The translations under genes were made by a program, and so were the position numbers. Of a DNA stretch of 64,000 bases, positions 11,228-23,582 are shown in pieces (the stretch's first letter is position 1; the number at the start of each line of letters is the position of its first letter). Location of the stretch: assembly GCA_030770535.1 (NCBI GenBank), contig JASVEC010000001.1, positions 1-64,000 on the forward strand, given 5' to 3'. A model generated the notes under the pieces. That model worked only from the letters and a program-made list of their open reading frames with translations. It made no database searches and had not been told where the DNA came from. This DNA is from Batkoa obscura (lineage: Eukaryota).

Positions 11228-12894
11228 TTCAAGTTCAGATTTAGTGATACAATGATGACTTTGATCTGTATTTATACTTTTTATAAAGCTCTTTGAATAG
11301 TGGTTTGCTATCATAACCCGCCTTATCTTTTCATTAGGATAAGAACTTTATTTAGAAAATTAAATATTTAACTAAATTAGATATCCCGACTTCTTTTGCC
11401 CACTTCGATAACAATTTAATATTAAAGCGATAGTGGTGATTCTTTTATTTGCTGTCCCTAGGAGGGATAATTTCATTCGACGTATAAACAGCAAAAGTCA
11501 AGAATAAGTAAAATAACCACTGCTAAATCGAATATTACCAAAAGATAGGGGATAAGAAACTTGACTGTACAGGTATTAACAAGCTTTTTATGCCCAATTA
11601 TTCGCATGTTTGTCCATTCTAGGTCAGATAGCATCTATCCTTGTATAATAAATGTCATTAATATTGTGGTATAAAATATTCCTATTATCCTGATGCTTTG
11701 TGGAATACTGTAAAGGAATTAATTTGATCAAATTATGACTATAGTTATTTGATTGGATAGTTACAATAGGCTGATAAAATCTCGAAGCACTTATTGTGGT
11801 AAAAAATACTTAATTATTTCAATAATTATGAACAAAGTAATGATAACTGTGCTATTGTTAGTATGTGAGTTTTAATTTTACTAAATAAGCTAAAAGTACA
11901 GTATACACTAAGCAGTACAATTAGTAATTAAATATAGGCCTCTATTTTGATATATAAGCTTTTTAATCTGGGCGATTTTTTTGAGACTTATAATTTAAAT
12001 TGGGCTAAAATTATCTCTAAACTCCCACTCTTTGTTATTCTTAAATAGCTATCTTTTTATGCTATCAAAAATTACCACTATTTAAATATTTGTATAAAAA
12101 AACCTGTTATAAATAGCAAAATAAATTAGGTAATTGGCTAATCTTGCATCAATAAAAATTTAAACCAATAATTTGTACATAATACTGCAATAGAAAAATA
12201 ATGTTCTTGGTTTCACTAAATCTGATTTAAAAACCAAAACAATAAAAAGTAATATCAAATATTGTTATAAGATCATTGTAGCTTTAAAAACTTATCTACC
12301 ATCCATGTAACAATGTTGATTAAAATATTTTATTTTAATTATTTTATCCTTGAGCTTATATCTTAAACTAATCTTATTTCCTTTATAAACTTTGAACCCG
12401 AAGACAACTATTTTATTAGTTAAAAAATTAGAACAAGATGGGCCAATCAGGTAAAGCCTTAATATCTTTTTGTTAGTACTAAAGCAGAAAAAATATTTAC
12501 TTTAACATGCTCAAATCGAGGACCTTACATTCTACTATGCTGATTTTACTTTTAGTGATATTAGCCTTTTCGCAAATAACTGCCCTTTTCTACAAACAAT
12601 AATGACCATTATTGGTTGCAACATTGAGCTTTATTTTACAAAGAAACAGGAATTCTTTATTAAGGCAAAACTATTTTTGTTGCAATCTTATACCTTTACT
12701 GTCTTGGCTTACGGAAAAAGATAGTTGTAAAAAAACTCAAAAATTTAGCTCTAGCAGCTTTAATAAAAAAAAGTCTAAAAGACAATGGCCTTTTTCAAGA
12801 AAGCCTAAGCTCTTTTTAAATCCATTTATATACTAAAAATAATTTTTGCCCATATCAACACTATTTACACAACTTATGAATTTAATTTATCATA

Positions 12895-12993
12895 TGGGGA
12901 TGTATTTTTTTGTTTAAGAATTTTACTAGCAATCTTTCCACTCAAATAGCGCTTAAAAAATGGAAAAAGTAATGAAATCAAAAAGACACCCCA
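12895..12993 (-). mobile_element. MITE family M, copy 2
   Basis: TGGGGATGTATTTTTTTG...GACACCCCA, flanked by ATA/TAT. Confidence 0.9.
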
Positions 12994-13727
12994 TATAAAT
13001 TTAAGGTTTTGTTAAATTTACATAAGCTAATACAAAATCAAACATTATTGTACATTCGTTTGTATATAAATTTTATATTTAAGTTGGTTAATAGCACATA
13101 TATGTAAAGTTTTATGTAGAATGATTTTTCCAAATAATTTTCCACCTTTTAAGTAGCTTAAAGCTTTAAAGAAATTATTAGTTAAACCCTTAAAGAAATG
13201 TGTTTGTATATTTTTTACTACCTGAATCAATTATTTGATTTTTAGCATCGTATTATCAATAAATTGTTTCTATGCATAAACGATCTGGAAACCAACATAA
13301 AGTCCAAGTTCTCTTAATTTGTTTACTATAAAACTATCAGTGATTTTAGTACATCCCATTTAGATATTGGAATATTTTTTTAGTTTTATTTATTTGTTTA
13401 TTTTTAATGCTGTTGTTAAATGGACAAATAGCATGAAACTTAAGCAAATAAAAATATACTAGTATTTATTTTATTTTACATTAAAAATTAATATTGTGTC
13501 CTTTTATATTAGCATTTTTATTGCTATAAATAATATACAAACTTAGCATAATAAATAATACTTGACTGTATTTGTTTATAATAATCAGATGAGCTTTACA
13601 AATAAATATACTTTAATTATATATAAGGATGTATTTTTATATTTAAGCTTTTAATTATTATTAAAATAAAAACAAAATGCAAGCTTTTATAATTAAACTT
13701 CAAAATAAAAATTTTAAGTTCTAATAA

Positions 13728-13812
13728 TAAAAATAAAAATAAAAATAAAAATAAAAATAAAAATAAAAATAAAAATAAAAATAAAAATAAAAATAAAAAT
13801 AAAAATAAAAAA
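13728..13812. repeat. (AAAAAT)n microsatellite
   Basis: Direct tandem repeat visible in the sequence. Confidence 0.95.
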
Positions 13813-13889
13813 AACGAGCAAATTAAAATTATTATATAATGTTTATTTAATAATTTAACTATTTCATCAAAATTTAATAAAAACAGTAA

Positions 13890-14396
13890 TGTGAAATATT
13901 GTTTTACCGGCTTTTTAGTTAATTATAATATAATGATCATTTAAATTGTTTATAAAATTAATTACAGTTTTATAGTTAATTTAACTACAATTTATATACT
14001 AAGTTTAATTAGCTTTAAGTGATTTTGCTACTAAAAGTTATAATGTCTTTAAATTTGGATATAATCAATTCAAAATTTTTTTATTTAGATTTGCTATAAC
14101 AATTTTTACTTTTTAATCATAAATGATGTCTATATTTAGCAACTATAATAAAAAATAGCTGCTATTATGTTATATATATATAGCAACTTAATTAAAATAC
14201 AAAAAAAACTTTTTAATGTAATAGTTTAAGGCTTCTTATTAAATTATTTTTTAATATTATATTTTTTAATAAGGCTATTAAATTTTACAATATTTTATAT
14301 AAATTTTATAATAATGTTTTTTACTTTATTTATTTATTTTATATAGTTTATGGCTTATTATATACTATTTTTATTAATTTAAGTTTATTTTAATTA
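13890..14396 (+). mobile_element. Heavily C>T/G>A-mutated, 3'-truncated copy of LTR-like family L
   Basis: Begins TGTGAAATATTG and stays collinear with the better-preserved copies up to AATTTAAGTTTATTTTAATTA (= AATTTAAGTCTATCTTAGTTA), with many C replaced by T and G by A. Confidence 0.75.
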
Positions 14397-14855
14397 TGTG
14401 AAATATTGCTTTATCAGCTCTCGGATTGATTATAATATAACAATCATTTAACTTGTTTGCAAAACTAGTTGTGGTCTTGTAATCAATTTAACCGTAAATC
14501 ATATGGTATAATCAATCCAGAGTTCCTTGTTTTGATTTCCCATGAGAATTTCTAACTTCATATTGCAAAGAGTATAAAAGAGATTCTTCAACATGATGAC
14601 TCGAGGCTTTTTAACTGAATTACTCCCTGATATCGTACCATTAATAAAGTCATTAAGTCTTTCTGACAACGTCTTACATAGATTTTACAGTAGTATCTCC
14701 TATTCTATTTGTTTTACATAATTCATAGCCTATTGCGCACTATTCTTATTAATTTAAGTCTATCTTAGTTACATAAACTAAGAGCGTTCGACTCAAGGCA
14801 AGTTAATTAAGCAAGAGTAGCTTTTAACTCCGACCACTGAGTATCAACTTTCACA
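14397..14855 (+). mobile_element. Solo-LTR-like element (family L, copy 2)
   Basis: Perfect 7-bp terminal IR TGTGAAA...TTTCACA, TATA-like AGTATAAAAG and AATAAA; high similarity to 705-1168; no clear TSD. Confidence 0.82.
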
Positions 14856-14998
14856 CCTTATATAGAAATAAAATAAAAAGTTTGTTCCTATATTAACAAA
14901 ATACTTTAATATTATAAATACTAAATTTTTATAACAAATAAAAATTAATCTATTGTAATAAAATAAAACTAAAATTTCAATCACAACTAGAGCTGATA

Positions 14999-15098
14999 AG
15001 GGGATGTATTTTTTTGTTTAAGAATTTTACTAGCAATCTTTCCGCTCAAATAACGCTTAAAAAATGGAAAAAATAATGAAACCAAAAAAAACACCTCT
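14999..15098 (-). mobile_element. MITE family M, copy 3
   Basis: GGGGATGTATTTTTTTGTTTAAGAATTTTACTAGC...ACACCTCT. Confidence 0.9.
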
Positions 15099-15189
15099 AT
15101 AAGAGTAATAATGCTCAACAATTTAGGAAATATATTGTTAATTTAAAATTACAGTAAAAAATTAAGAATTATTTAATCAAAAGGTTCTT

Positions 15190-17105
15190 TTAATGTTTTA
15201 TAATAGATACTTTGATAGCTTCAGTAGGCTGGGTAGTAATAAAACTTTTACGACCAATTGGTCTGCTACTTTCTCTTTTAAAAGTAAAATTACGAATCAA
15301 ACTTGCACTAACTAAATATAACTCCATCCAGGCCAATCTAATAATTTTAAAAATAGTCATTAGTCTCATAGATAATACTTACTTCCTACCGACACAACCT
15401 CTAGGCCCCATTGAGAACGGCATAAAGTTTGAGTTGTTTTTAAATTTCCCATTTTTTAGCCATCTTTTAGGATTAAAGGCTTCTGGATCTTTCCACACAG
15501 TAGATAAATTGTGCAACGCATTAATATTTGTTCCAACAGTACACTAAAAACAGTTATTAGTTAATTTTAAAAATATCATATGTTTTTACTCCTTCTGGGA
15601 TGTAGTATCCATCTATTACTTTACCGCCTTTGGGTACAAGCCTTGTTGGAGTACCACCAATTGCTGGTACTATTCTCAAGCCTTCATGTATTACAGCATT
15701 AAGATAGTGGCATTCCGATTTACACATATTGTAAGTAATTGCTTGTTTATTTGGGAATATTTTCAGCATTTCATCCTTAACATTTTGATATATTTCTGGA
15801 TGATTAGATAGTAAATAAAATATCCTATTTTTATTAAATACTTGTTTAATTGTTTCTATATAAAGATTACCATGTAAGCGAATGTGAAGTAGTATCCGTC
15901 CCGGCAGCACTTAAAATATTTATATTAAAAGAGTTGTATAAATATATATAATTACAGTTGGAGGATCGATTCCTCAGCTAATTCTTTCTCGTTTAATTTT
16001 TTCCCAGTCTCTGAATCTGCTGCTTCAATTAAAGCACTCAAAATAGTAGTTTTACCAGGATTGCTTCTAGTGTTTCTTATAGCATCATAGGAAAACTGGA
16101 TTTATTAGCTAAAAGTCAAGAATGCTATTATTAATTGATACCTCGTATAATTTTTTAACAGTCTTAAATTGATAATGTTTCATAAATGGAAACGTAAATA
16201 CCTATTATTTTGTAAATATTATATTTAAATAAAAAATAATTGACATACTAAAGCTCCTATTTTGCTTAAATCCTTTACCCAATCTACTATTGGGTGGTGC
16301 CCATCCTTTAACATATTAAATGACTTCCCAAACGCTAAATCTCCAATTACATCCTATTATATATATTATAACGCCTAGGTAATTTAACAAGTAACTTACA
16401 AAAGCAAAGTAATGAAAATAAAGTTCAAAGTCTAACTTTTGGTTCTGAGTTACAAATTCATCAATTTTACTCACAAAATTATCCAAATTTTTTTTAACCA
16501 AATATTCCACACTTCCTATTACTTTATCTGAGAAACAAGGGGCAATGATTTTTTTCTGTATATTTTTAATAATTCTTTTAGCTGTTTAACAAAATTACTC
16601 TTTGACGATGAAAATCTTTATCCCTAAAAATATTAATAGATGTTATTATTATTAAATTATTTAATACCTTGTACTAAAAGTAGTCTCTCCTACTACTGAA
16701 AGGATCTCATAGATTTTATTCTTTTGATAACCATAAGTTGAATATAACTCTTTTGCTGCTGATTCAGAAGAAAACGAAACTTGGTTCCAGCCTAATTTAG
16801 GTTGATTTATTACATCTACTATATTTTTAAATACTTACTTAGTCTTACGACATTTCCGTATTTATTATGCATAGCAAGACAATATTCAGGATAAGTACCA
16901 CCTAGCAAATAAGCATCGTGTATAATAGGGAATATCAAATTTATTAACGGACCAGGTACTTTTTTTAATGGGCTGAAGTATATATTATATACCATCTTTA
17001 AAGATTAAATCAATGAAAAAAACCAATTCAACTAATTACCTTATAAACGTAATAAACCAAAAATAATACAAATATATAACATAGTATTAAAGTAAAAGTA
17101 AACAT
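15190..17105 (-). CDS. Cytochrome P450 monooxygenase (about 11 short introns)
   Basis: N-terminal TM (MFTFTLILCYIFVLFLV..), FSPLKKVPGP, I-helix AGTDTT, ExxR (HEGLR), FNPKRW, heme motif FMPFSMGPRGCVGR; last exon LAWMELY..IIKH*. Confidence 0.92.
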
Positions 17106-18086
17106 TTTTAAATCAGCAATTGATCTTTTTTACTCGTTTTATACTTAATTTTTAAGTCACATTATCATACTTGCTTAAAATTGCCTTCTTTGGGGTTAAA
17201 TTTATTTGTGATCATTGTAGAATTGATACTTAGAGGCTTACATAATCAAAAATATAATCAAAAAATATCATATCAGATTTGAATATATCAAACATATATA
17301 GCTTGACATACAATCTATCATCTCATATTAATGATTTATACTATCAAGTATAGATTATATTATTATTTACAATAAACTAAACTTCAAACTATTTTGTATT
17401 AGTTGGAAGTCTAACTTTTTTAGAAAATGTCCTAATTCTACTATAATATTCATGAACCATAAATTTTGAACTGCGCAACCAAATTTTTAGTTTTTACCAT
17501 ACAGCTGTTAATATTATGGTTTATTTTCATTCCTTAATAAACACTGCCTTACACACATATTTCTAAAAAGAAATATTGTGGTTTGATTTATGTAATATTT
17601 TATATAGTTTTTATAGAAACTTTTCTGTAAATAATATCTTAAATAATCATTATTTTTTTAGATGAGGGTGGCAGTTGTAAACCCTTTAAATCTTAAATTA
17701 AATTGTTTATCCTATTTTTATTTTGCTAGATTTTATTTTTAGACAATAGATTAAATATAACAATTAATACTTTGAACTGACTTTGATATTTTTATTTTTT
17801 TTATTTGCTTTTTTAAAAGTATAGTCTGGTATAATAAGTTTTTAAAATATGATTAATTGAAAAAGAAGCTAAAAGCTGCAAAATCCAAACCGAAACATTA
17901 CCTTAAAGCCAAATCCAAATAAACTTTCTTAATTCTTTATTATATTCGGTTATGCTTAAAAAACAAAAATACTCAAAAATAGCAACTTTACAAATGTTAT
18001 TGTTTGAAATTAATAACGTACTTGATATTTACCGTTTTGTAAACTAGCTTTAATTAAATATTAGAATAATGATGTTCGGGTTTCTA

Positions 18087-18246
18087 TTAGATCGTTCTCT
18101 ATGTTTCAGGCACCTTCCTTTAAGCCTGTTATTCATTTTTTTTATCTGAATCTAAAAATATAAGACTATGTATAATTCCTAAATTCAGGTAAAAAAAAAT
18201 TGCAATAATTTAAATGAAGGTGCCTGAAACATAGAGAACGACCTAA
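18087..18246. mobile_element. Fold-back mariner-like MITE (160 bp)
   Basis: 31-bp TIR TTAG(A/G)TCGTTCTCTATGTTTCAGGCACCTTC with one mismatch, further imperfect pairing inward, TA on both flanks. Confidence 0.85.
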
Positions 18247-18452
18247 TATAAAAATATCATTAATTCTTGTAACTTAATATAATGTATAGTTATTTCAAAA
18301 GTTATTGAGGTTCAAAGCGTTAAAAGTCGATAATATATTATATACTCTATTGAACTGTTTGATGTTTTTATTATTTGGTCAGATTTATCCTAAAACCTTG
18401 AAAAAAAGTCTCCTTGAATAACGAACAATAGTTAAAAACTTGATTTGTTAAA

Positions 18453-18552
18453 TGGGATGTTTTTTTTGGTTTCATTATTTTTTCCATTTTTTAAGCGCTA
18501 TTTGAGTAGAAAGATTGTTAGTAAAATTCTTAAACAAAAAAATACATTCTCA
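18453..18552 (+). mobile_element. MITE family M, copy 4
   Basis: TGGGATGTTTTTTTTGGTTTC...AATACATTCTCA. Confidence 0.9.
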
Positions 18553-18911
18553 AATAAAACATCAAACTGCTTTTTAAAACCTAATATAAAAAATAGAGTA
18601 TACAGCTTTCAATAGTAAAGTTTAATAATAGAATAAAATCATTAATTATTTTATTTTTCACATGGTATTATAGATTCAGAAACCTGTCTGGATTTTTCTT
18701 CTAATAATATATATATAAATTAAATGTTCTATCTAAAGCTAAAAAATTACCACGTTTATTAATTATAGCTTTTCAATAAATACACTTTAATTTTTATTTA
18801 ATTCTTATTTAATTCTTTCTTTCAGTTAAGTACTATATTTACAGTAGATTGTTGCTATACGCATAATTTATTGAGATGTTCTGAATAAATAATTAAAGAA
18901 AATGTAAAAAT

Positions 18912-19744
18912 TTATATATTATGGCTCATTTCTCGCTCCTTTAATATTTTAAGTTTAATATCGAGTTGTTTGAAATATTGCTCAAGTTGATGAATTTCAG
19001 TCAGTTTAATTCTAATAGCTTCGTTATGCTTTTTTGTTAAATCCAAATTATCTTTAAGTATGTAGTCGATTTTATCTGCTTTATCACTATTTTCTATATC
19101 ATCTTTTAAATGAGAAATAATCCTATCATCTAAATTCTTTAGAACGTTTAAGTCCTTAATCCTGTTTTGGGTTGTTTTCACCTCATTTTTAATTGTGATA
19201 ACTTGGCTTCCCATATTTTTAATCAAAGCTAGTTTTTTATCTTTATCCATTTCTAATTCTACATTTTTTGATTTTATCTCCGCTTCCCTATGCCTTCTAC
19301 GCACCCTACAATTGTGGGATGCTTCCCTGTTTTTACGCTTCCTTTCCTCTTCCTTTTTTTTGGCGTCTACCTTCGATTCACTATTCCGTGAAGTAGGTAC
19401 GTTTGTAAAGGTGTTTTTAAAATATTCTTTTAATGGGTTACTTTCTATATCCTTTAATAAATTAATACAAACTCACTTTAAATGCGTCTTATAATAATGA
19501 CTACCTTGATTGTATTGCTAAAGATTGATCTAGGGTATGCTTTTTCTTTATCAATTACAGATAAAGATATATCGTTTTCTTGCGCTATTTTATTGTTACT
19601 TGTGCTCTCTATCTGAAGTTCCTTTTGATTTGACTTTTTTCGACTAAATTCCTCCCTTTTTTTATCCAATTTATCTTTGTTGACTTCTTGATTTGAGTTT
19701 AGAAGCGATTTTATTGTATATCTTTGTGGTATTCTATCATTCAT
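18912..19744 (-). CDS. Hypothetical Lys/Glu-rich coiled-coil protein, possibly nuclear (one intron ~19454-19505)
   Basis: Two ORF pieces joined by a plausible GT-AG intron; basic RKRKNR/RRRHR clusters; no domain recognised; 3' end uncertain. Confidence 0.55.
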
Positions 19745-21789
19745 TTTAATATCTGTAATTTAAAAACAAACTAAAAAATCGTATATTGATTGTTTTATAT
19801 AGAATAGTAAACGCCTCTTTATTTAGTAACAATTATAGTGGCGAGTTCAGAACTTTGGTATTAACCTAAACAACTAAAAAGCCATAAATATGATGTAAAA
19901 TATTCGACTCAGACTAAAGTTAAGTTTTCAGTGTTAGACTGATTAATAAAGCGTGAAAATGATTTATAAACAAGAAAATATCAAAATTTGGCTTGATAGC
20001 GGAACTGTAATTATTCTAAAGTGTTTCCGGAATGTACCTTATTTATAAAAAACAAAAGTTACCCATTATCAATAATAATAACCTATTTTTTTACTTTTAC
20101 TTTATGTATAGAAGCCATTCAATATATTTTTAGGAGATATCTTAATTATAAGTCACTTCCTTTATTTATGCATAGAATATGATGTCATTTTAATTTGATT
20201 CTAGGACTTAGAAAGGAAATCGTAAAATAAATTTTGTGCATCATCTGCTTTGTAAAAGCTATAGTAAACCACTTGAAAAGCTATTTAGAACCGCGACAGA
20301 TACTATAATTACTTTGTTTATATATTATTCTATTATGGTGGTTATTTAAAACAAAATTTATTGCAATGAATAGAAAAAATATTCTGAAATTCTTGAATTA
20401 CAGTTCGCAATAACAGCGGTGTTTAAATACTAATTAATTATTAAGAAAGGAAATAGCACTTATAAAGATATAAAGTAATACGATAAATTGATACAATTTA
20501 TATGTTAAAATTCCCTCACAAAGACTTAAACTGGGTTGGCTAAATAAACGGTGCTATTTTATTTTAATACATTCTTCTCGTATAAAATTTTGCTTTTATA
20601 TTTTCTATAGAAAAAATGTACTAAATAATACAGTATGCAAAGCATAAAATTGACTTTATTTCTAAATTAAGATCGTACCTTACTATATTTGCCATCCAAA
20701 TTGTATTTATTACAATATTTGATGACATTTTATCAAAATAAAACATATATCCGATAGGATAAATATATAGGCACTTCCATAGCGTGCAGGTTTTATAAGG
20801 CTTTTTTTTGTTTTTTTCAACTATAAATGCGCTTTGAGACTAAAATGGATATTTTTTCCAATTATAACTCACATATCATAAAACGGACGTTATTTATTTG
20901 AGTGATTTACATTATTTTCATTGTTCTCTCTGACTTTGATTGAATGATTACAAGATGCTTTATTTAAGGGTTGAAAATTAATAGTTAAAATAGTATTTAT
21001 ATTACTTTTAAAATTAATTATAAATGAAATTGTTGTCTTAAATTAATATTTATTGACTAAAAGCAAGAGGTTTATACAGCAACTAGTAGGAAGTTTCAAA
21101 GCCTTAGAAAGCATACAAAAAATTCCCATGCTAAAAATGTCAAATTTAACCATAGACTACGACTTGGCCAAAGTTTTAAAATATATTAATTTAACTTAAA
21201 TGAGTTAACAATCCTAATTTAAACTTTTAGTTTATATAAAAAATTAATATAGTAAATTGGTAACTTTTATTTATTAATGCTGCGTCTTAGTTTAAGGTTT
21301 AAATTAAAACCCTCTATATAATAGCTAAGCGTTTTTAGGATACAAACTATTTTAATAAAAAATAATTGAGTAAAAAAATGGGCAATATAAATTTGTAGAT
21401 AAAGTACCTTTTGAAATAAAAATAAAATATTTTCCCAAAATTAGTCATAGTTTTCAAATTTTGCAATCTAAATTGAATTTATTTTTAATACTTTACATAA
21501 GACAAGATTTTCTTTTAAAATATTTTACGTTAAATAACCACTTTAGTCAAATCAAGTTGAAAAGGGTGGATTAGCCAATAAAAACAAAAAATATAGAATA
21601 TTGTATATATTAATAGAATATTCAAGGTGCATTTTATTAACTATTGTTTTTTGTCACTTAGCCTGTAGAACCAAGTCAACCATTACCCAATCAAAAGCTC
21701 TATTCATTAAGCATTCGATCTTTTTATTTTTAAATTAAATAAATATTATTTTTAGTCATCAATAATATTATTTTACAATTTTAGAGGTT

Positions 21790-22701
21790 ATGAATTCAAT
21801 AAGAAAAAGCTTCAGTGCGGTAAAAAACATAAAACCAACGCGTTCATTTAAAGTAAATTATGCAACTCTTCCAAATGATCAAGGACAGAAGGTTAAAAAT
21901 TCAATTGGAGTAAGAATTCATTAAATTTAAAGTTGAAAATATAATTTGAAAAGCCAGTTAGTTTAACCTCTTTAGGCCTGTTTTTGGCTACTGGTGCTGG
22001 GTTGTATTATTACTTGGGTCAAGAAAAGCAAAAAGTTGAAATTGAAAGAGGTCAAAGAATAAAGAGGGAAAATGAAAAAAGTTTTGGTAAACCTAAGCTT
22101 GGTGGAAATTTTGAATTAACGGATCATTTTGGGAATAAATTTAACCAAGACAACCTTTTGAATAAATATTCAATTATTTACTTTGGATTCACTCACTGTC
22201 CTGACATTTGTCCAGATGAATTGGATAAAATGTCCGAAATCGTTGAAGCAGTTGGTACTATTATTTAATATTCATTTAATATTTATTTAATATTTATTTA
22301 ATATTTTTGTTTATTAGAGAATGATTCTTCATTAAAAAACAAGCTTACTCCAATATTTATTACTTGTGATCCATTGAGAGATAGTCCAGAAGTTATTAAA
22401 GAATATTTAAACGGTAAATCATTGTTTTTTATGTTTAAACTCAATTTACATATTAGATTTCCATCCTAAATTTATTGGGCTTACTGGAACAATTGATGAT
22501 ATTGCCAAGACGTGCAAAGCATATCGGGTATATTATTCTAAGCCTCCAAAAGTAAATCCTGGTGAGGATTACTTAGTAGATCATTCAATCTTTTTTTATT
22601 TGATGGACCCAAATGGGAAGTTCGTAGATTGCTATGGTAAAGATAAGACTGCTGAACAAGCTTTCTATTCTATTAAAGGATATTTGAGTGAAAATCTATA
22701 A
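21790..22701 (+). CDS. SCO1: SCO1/2 mitochondrial copper chaperone (3 introns)
   Basis: Presequence, TM segment, GKPKLGGNFELTDH, YFGFTHCPDICPDEL (CxxxC), FHPKFIGLTG, YLVDHSIFFYLMDP. Confidence 0.96.
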
Positions 22702-23582
22702 TATAGATCATTAAAATTAAATATATATGAACATGTTTTTAAAAATCAATTATAATTTGATCAGTTTTTAAGCTTAAAAAATAGTAATATAGCTGAAAGG
22801 AAAGAAATATTTCTTTATTATTTTTAAATCATAACAGTTTAAAATTTCACTACTTATAAATATTATATTTTTTAAGCTTGATTTATCTGTCTTATAAAAC
22901 ATATTATAAAATAATTATATACTTTATTACTTTAGACTATTACAGTTTTTTAAGATTAATTATTATATTGATAGCATAATAAAGTCAAATTCGAACTACA
23001 CCTATTAAGTTTATGCTTAATATTTCGGCATTTTTAATTTTATTTAAAAATTAAAAGGCGGTAGGGTATTATATCATTTTGTTTGAGCAAAGTAAATATA
23101 CTTATGTTTAATTCATCCTTTTTATGCCCCTTAAAACTTGAAATTTATTAGATATGTTAAATCATGTTGGATTATCAATGAGAAGGAGAAAAATTGACAA
23201 ATATTAGATTTGTTAAATTAATTGTTTAATTAAACATTATTTATAATCTAATTTAGTTAAAACTAAAAATCACTATAAAATAATCTATAAGAAATCAATT
23301 AAAGGAGTAAAAAGGACAAATGAATATAAATTAAATAAATAAAAGTTTATTATTATAAACATAGTTAGCTCCTAAAATTGATGATTGGGTGTCTTGAATA
23401 TAATCAAAAAATGTTAAGAAAATTAAACCAATATTTAAAAACCCGATTTAAACTACCCCCTCACCCCATAATTACTAACCTTATTTAGCAGCTTTAAATT
23501 CAAAAGGAGACAGTAAAGCAATAATATTAAAATGATATTGATCATAAAAATACATTCGTCTTTTTCAATTCTATTTATCACC

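Noticed and set aside
12270..12840. Coding-like segment including the 74-aa ORF
   Set aside because: Stops in all frames examined and no family assignable by eye; needs a tBLASTx search.
21790..22701. SCO1 as copper donor for the ethylene receptor
   Set aside because: SCO1 is a mitochondrial cytochrome oxidase assembly factor 37 kb away; plant receptors get Cu from RAN1-type P-ATPases.
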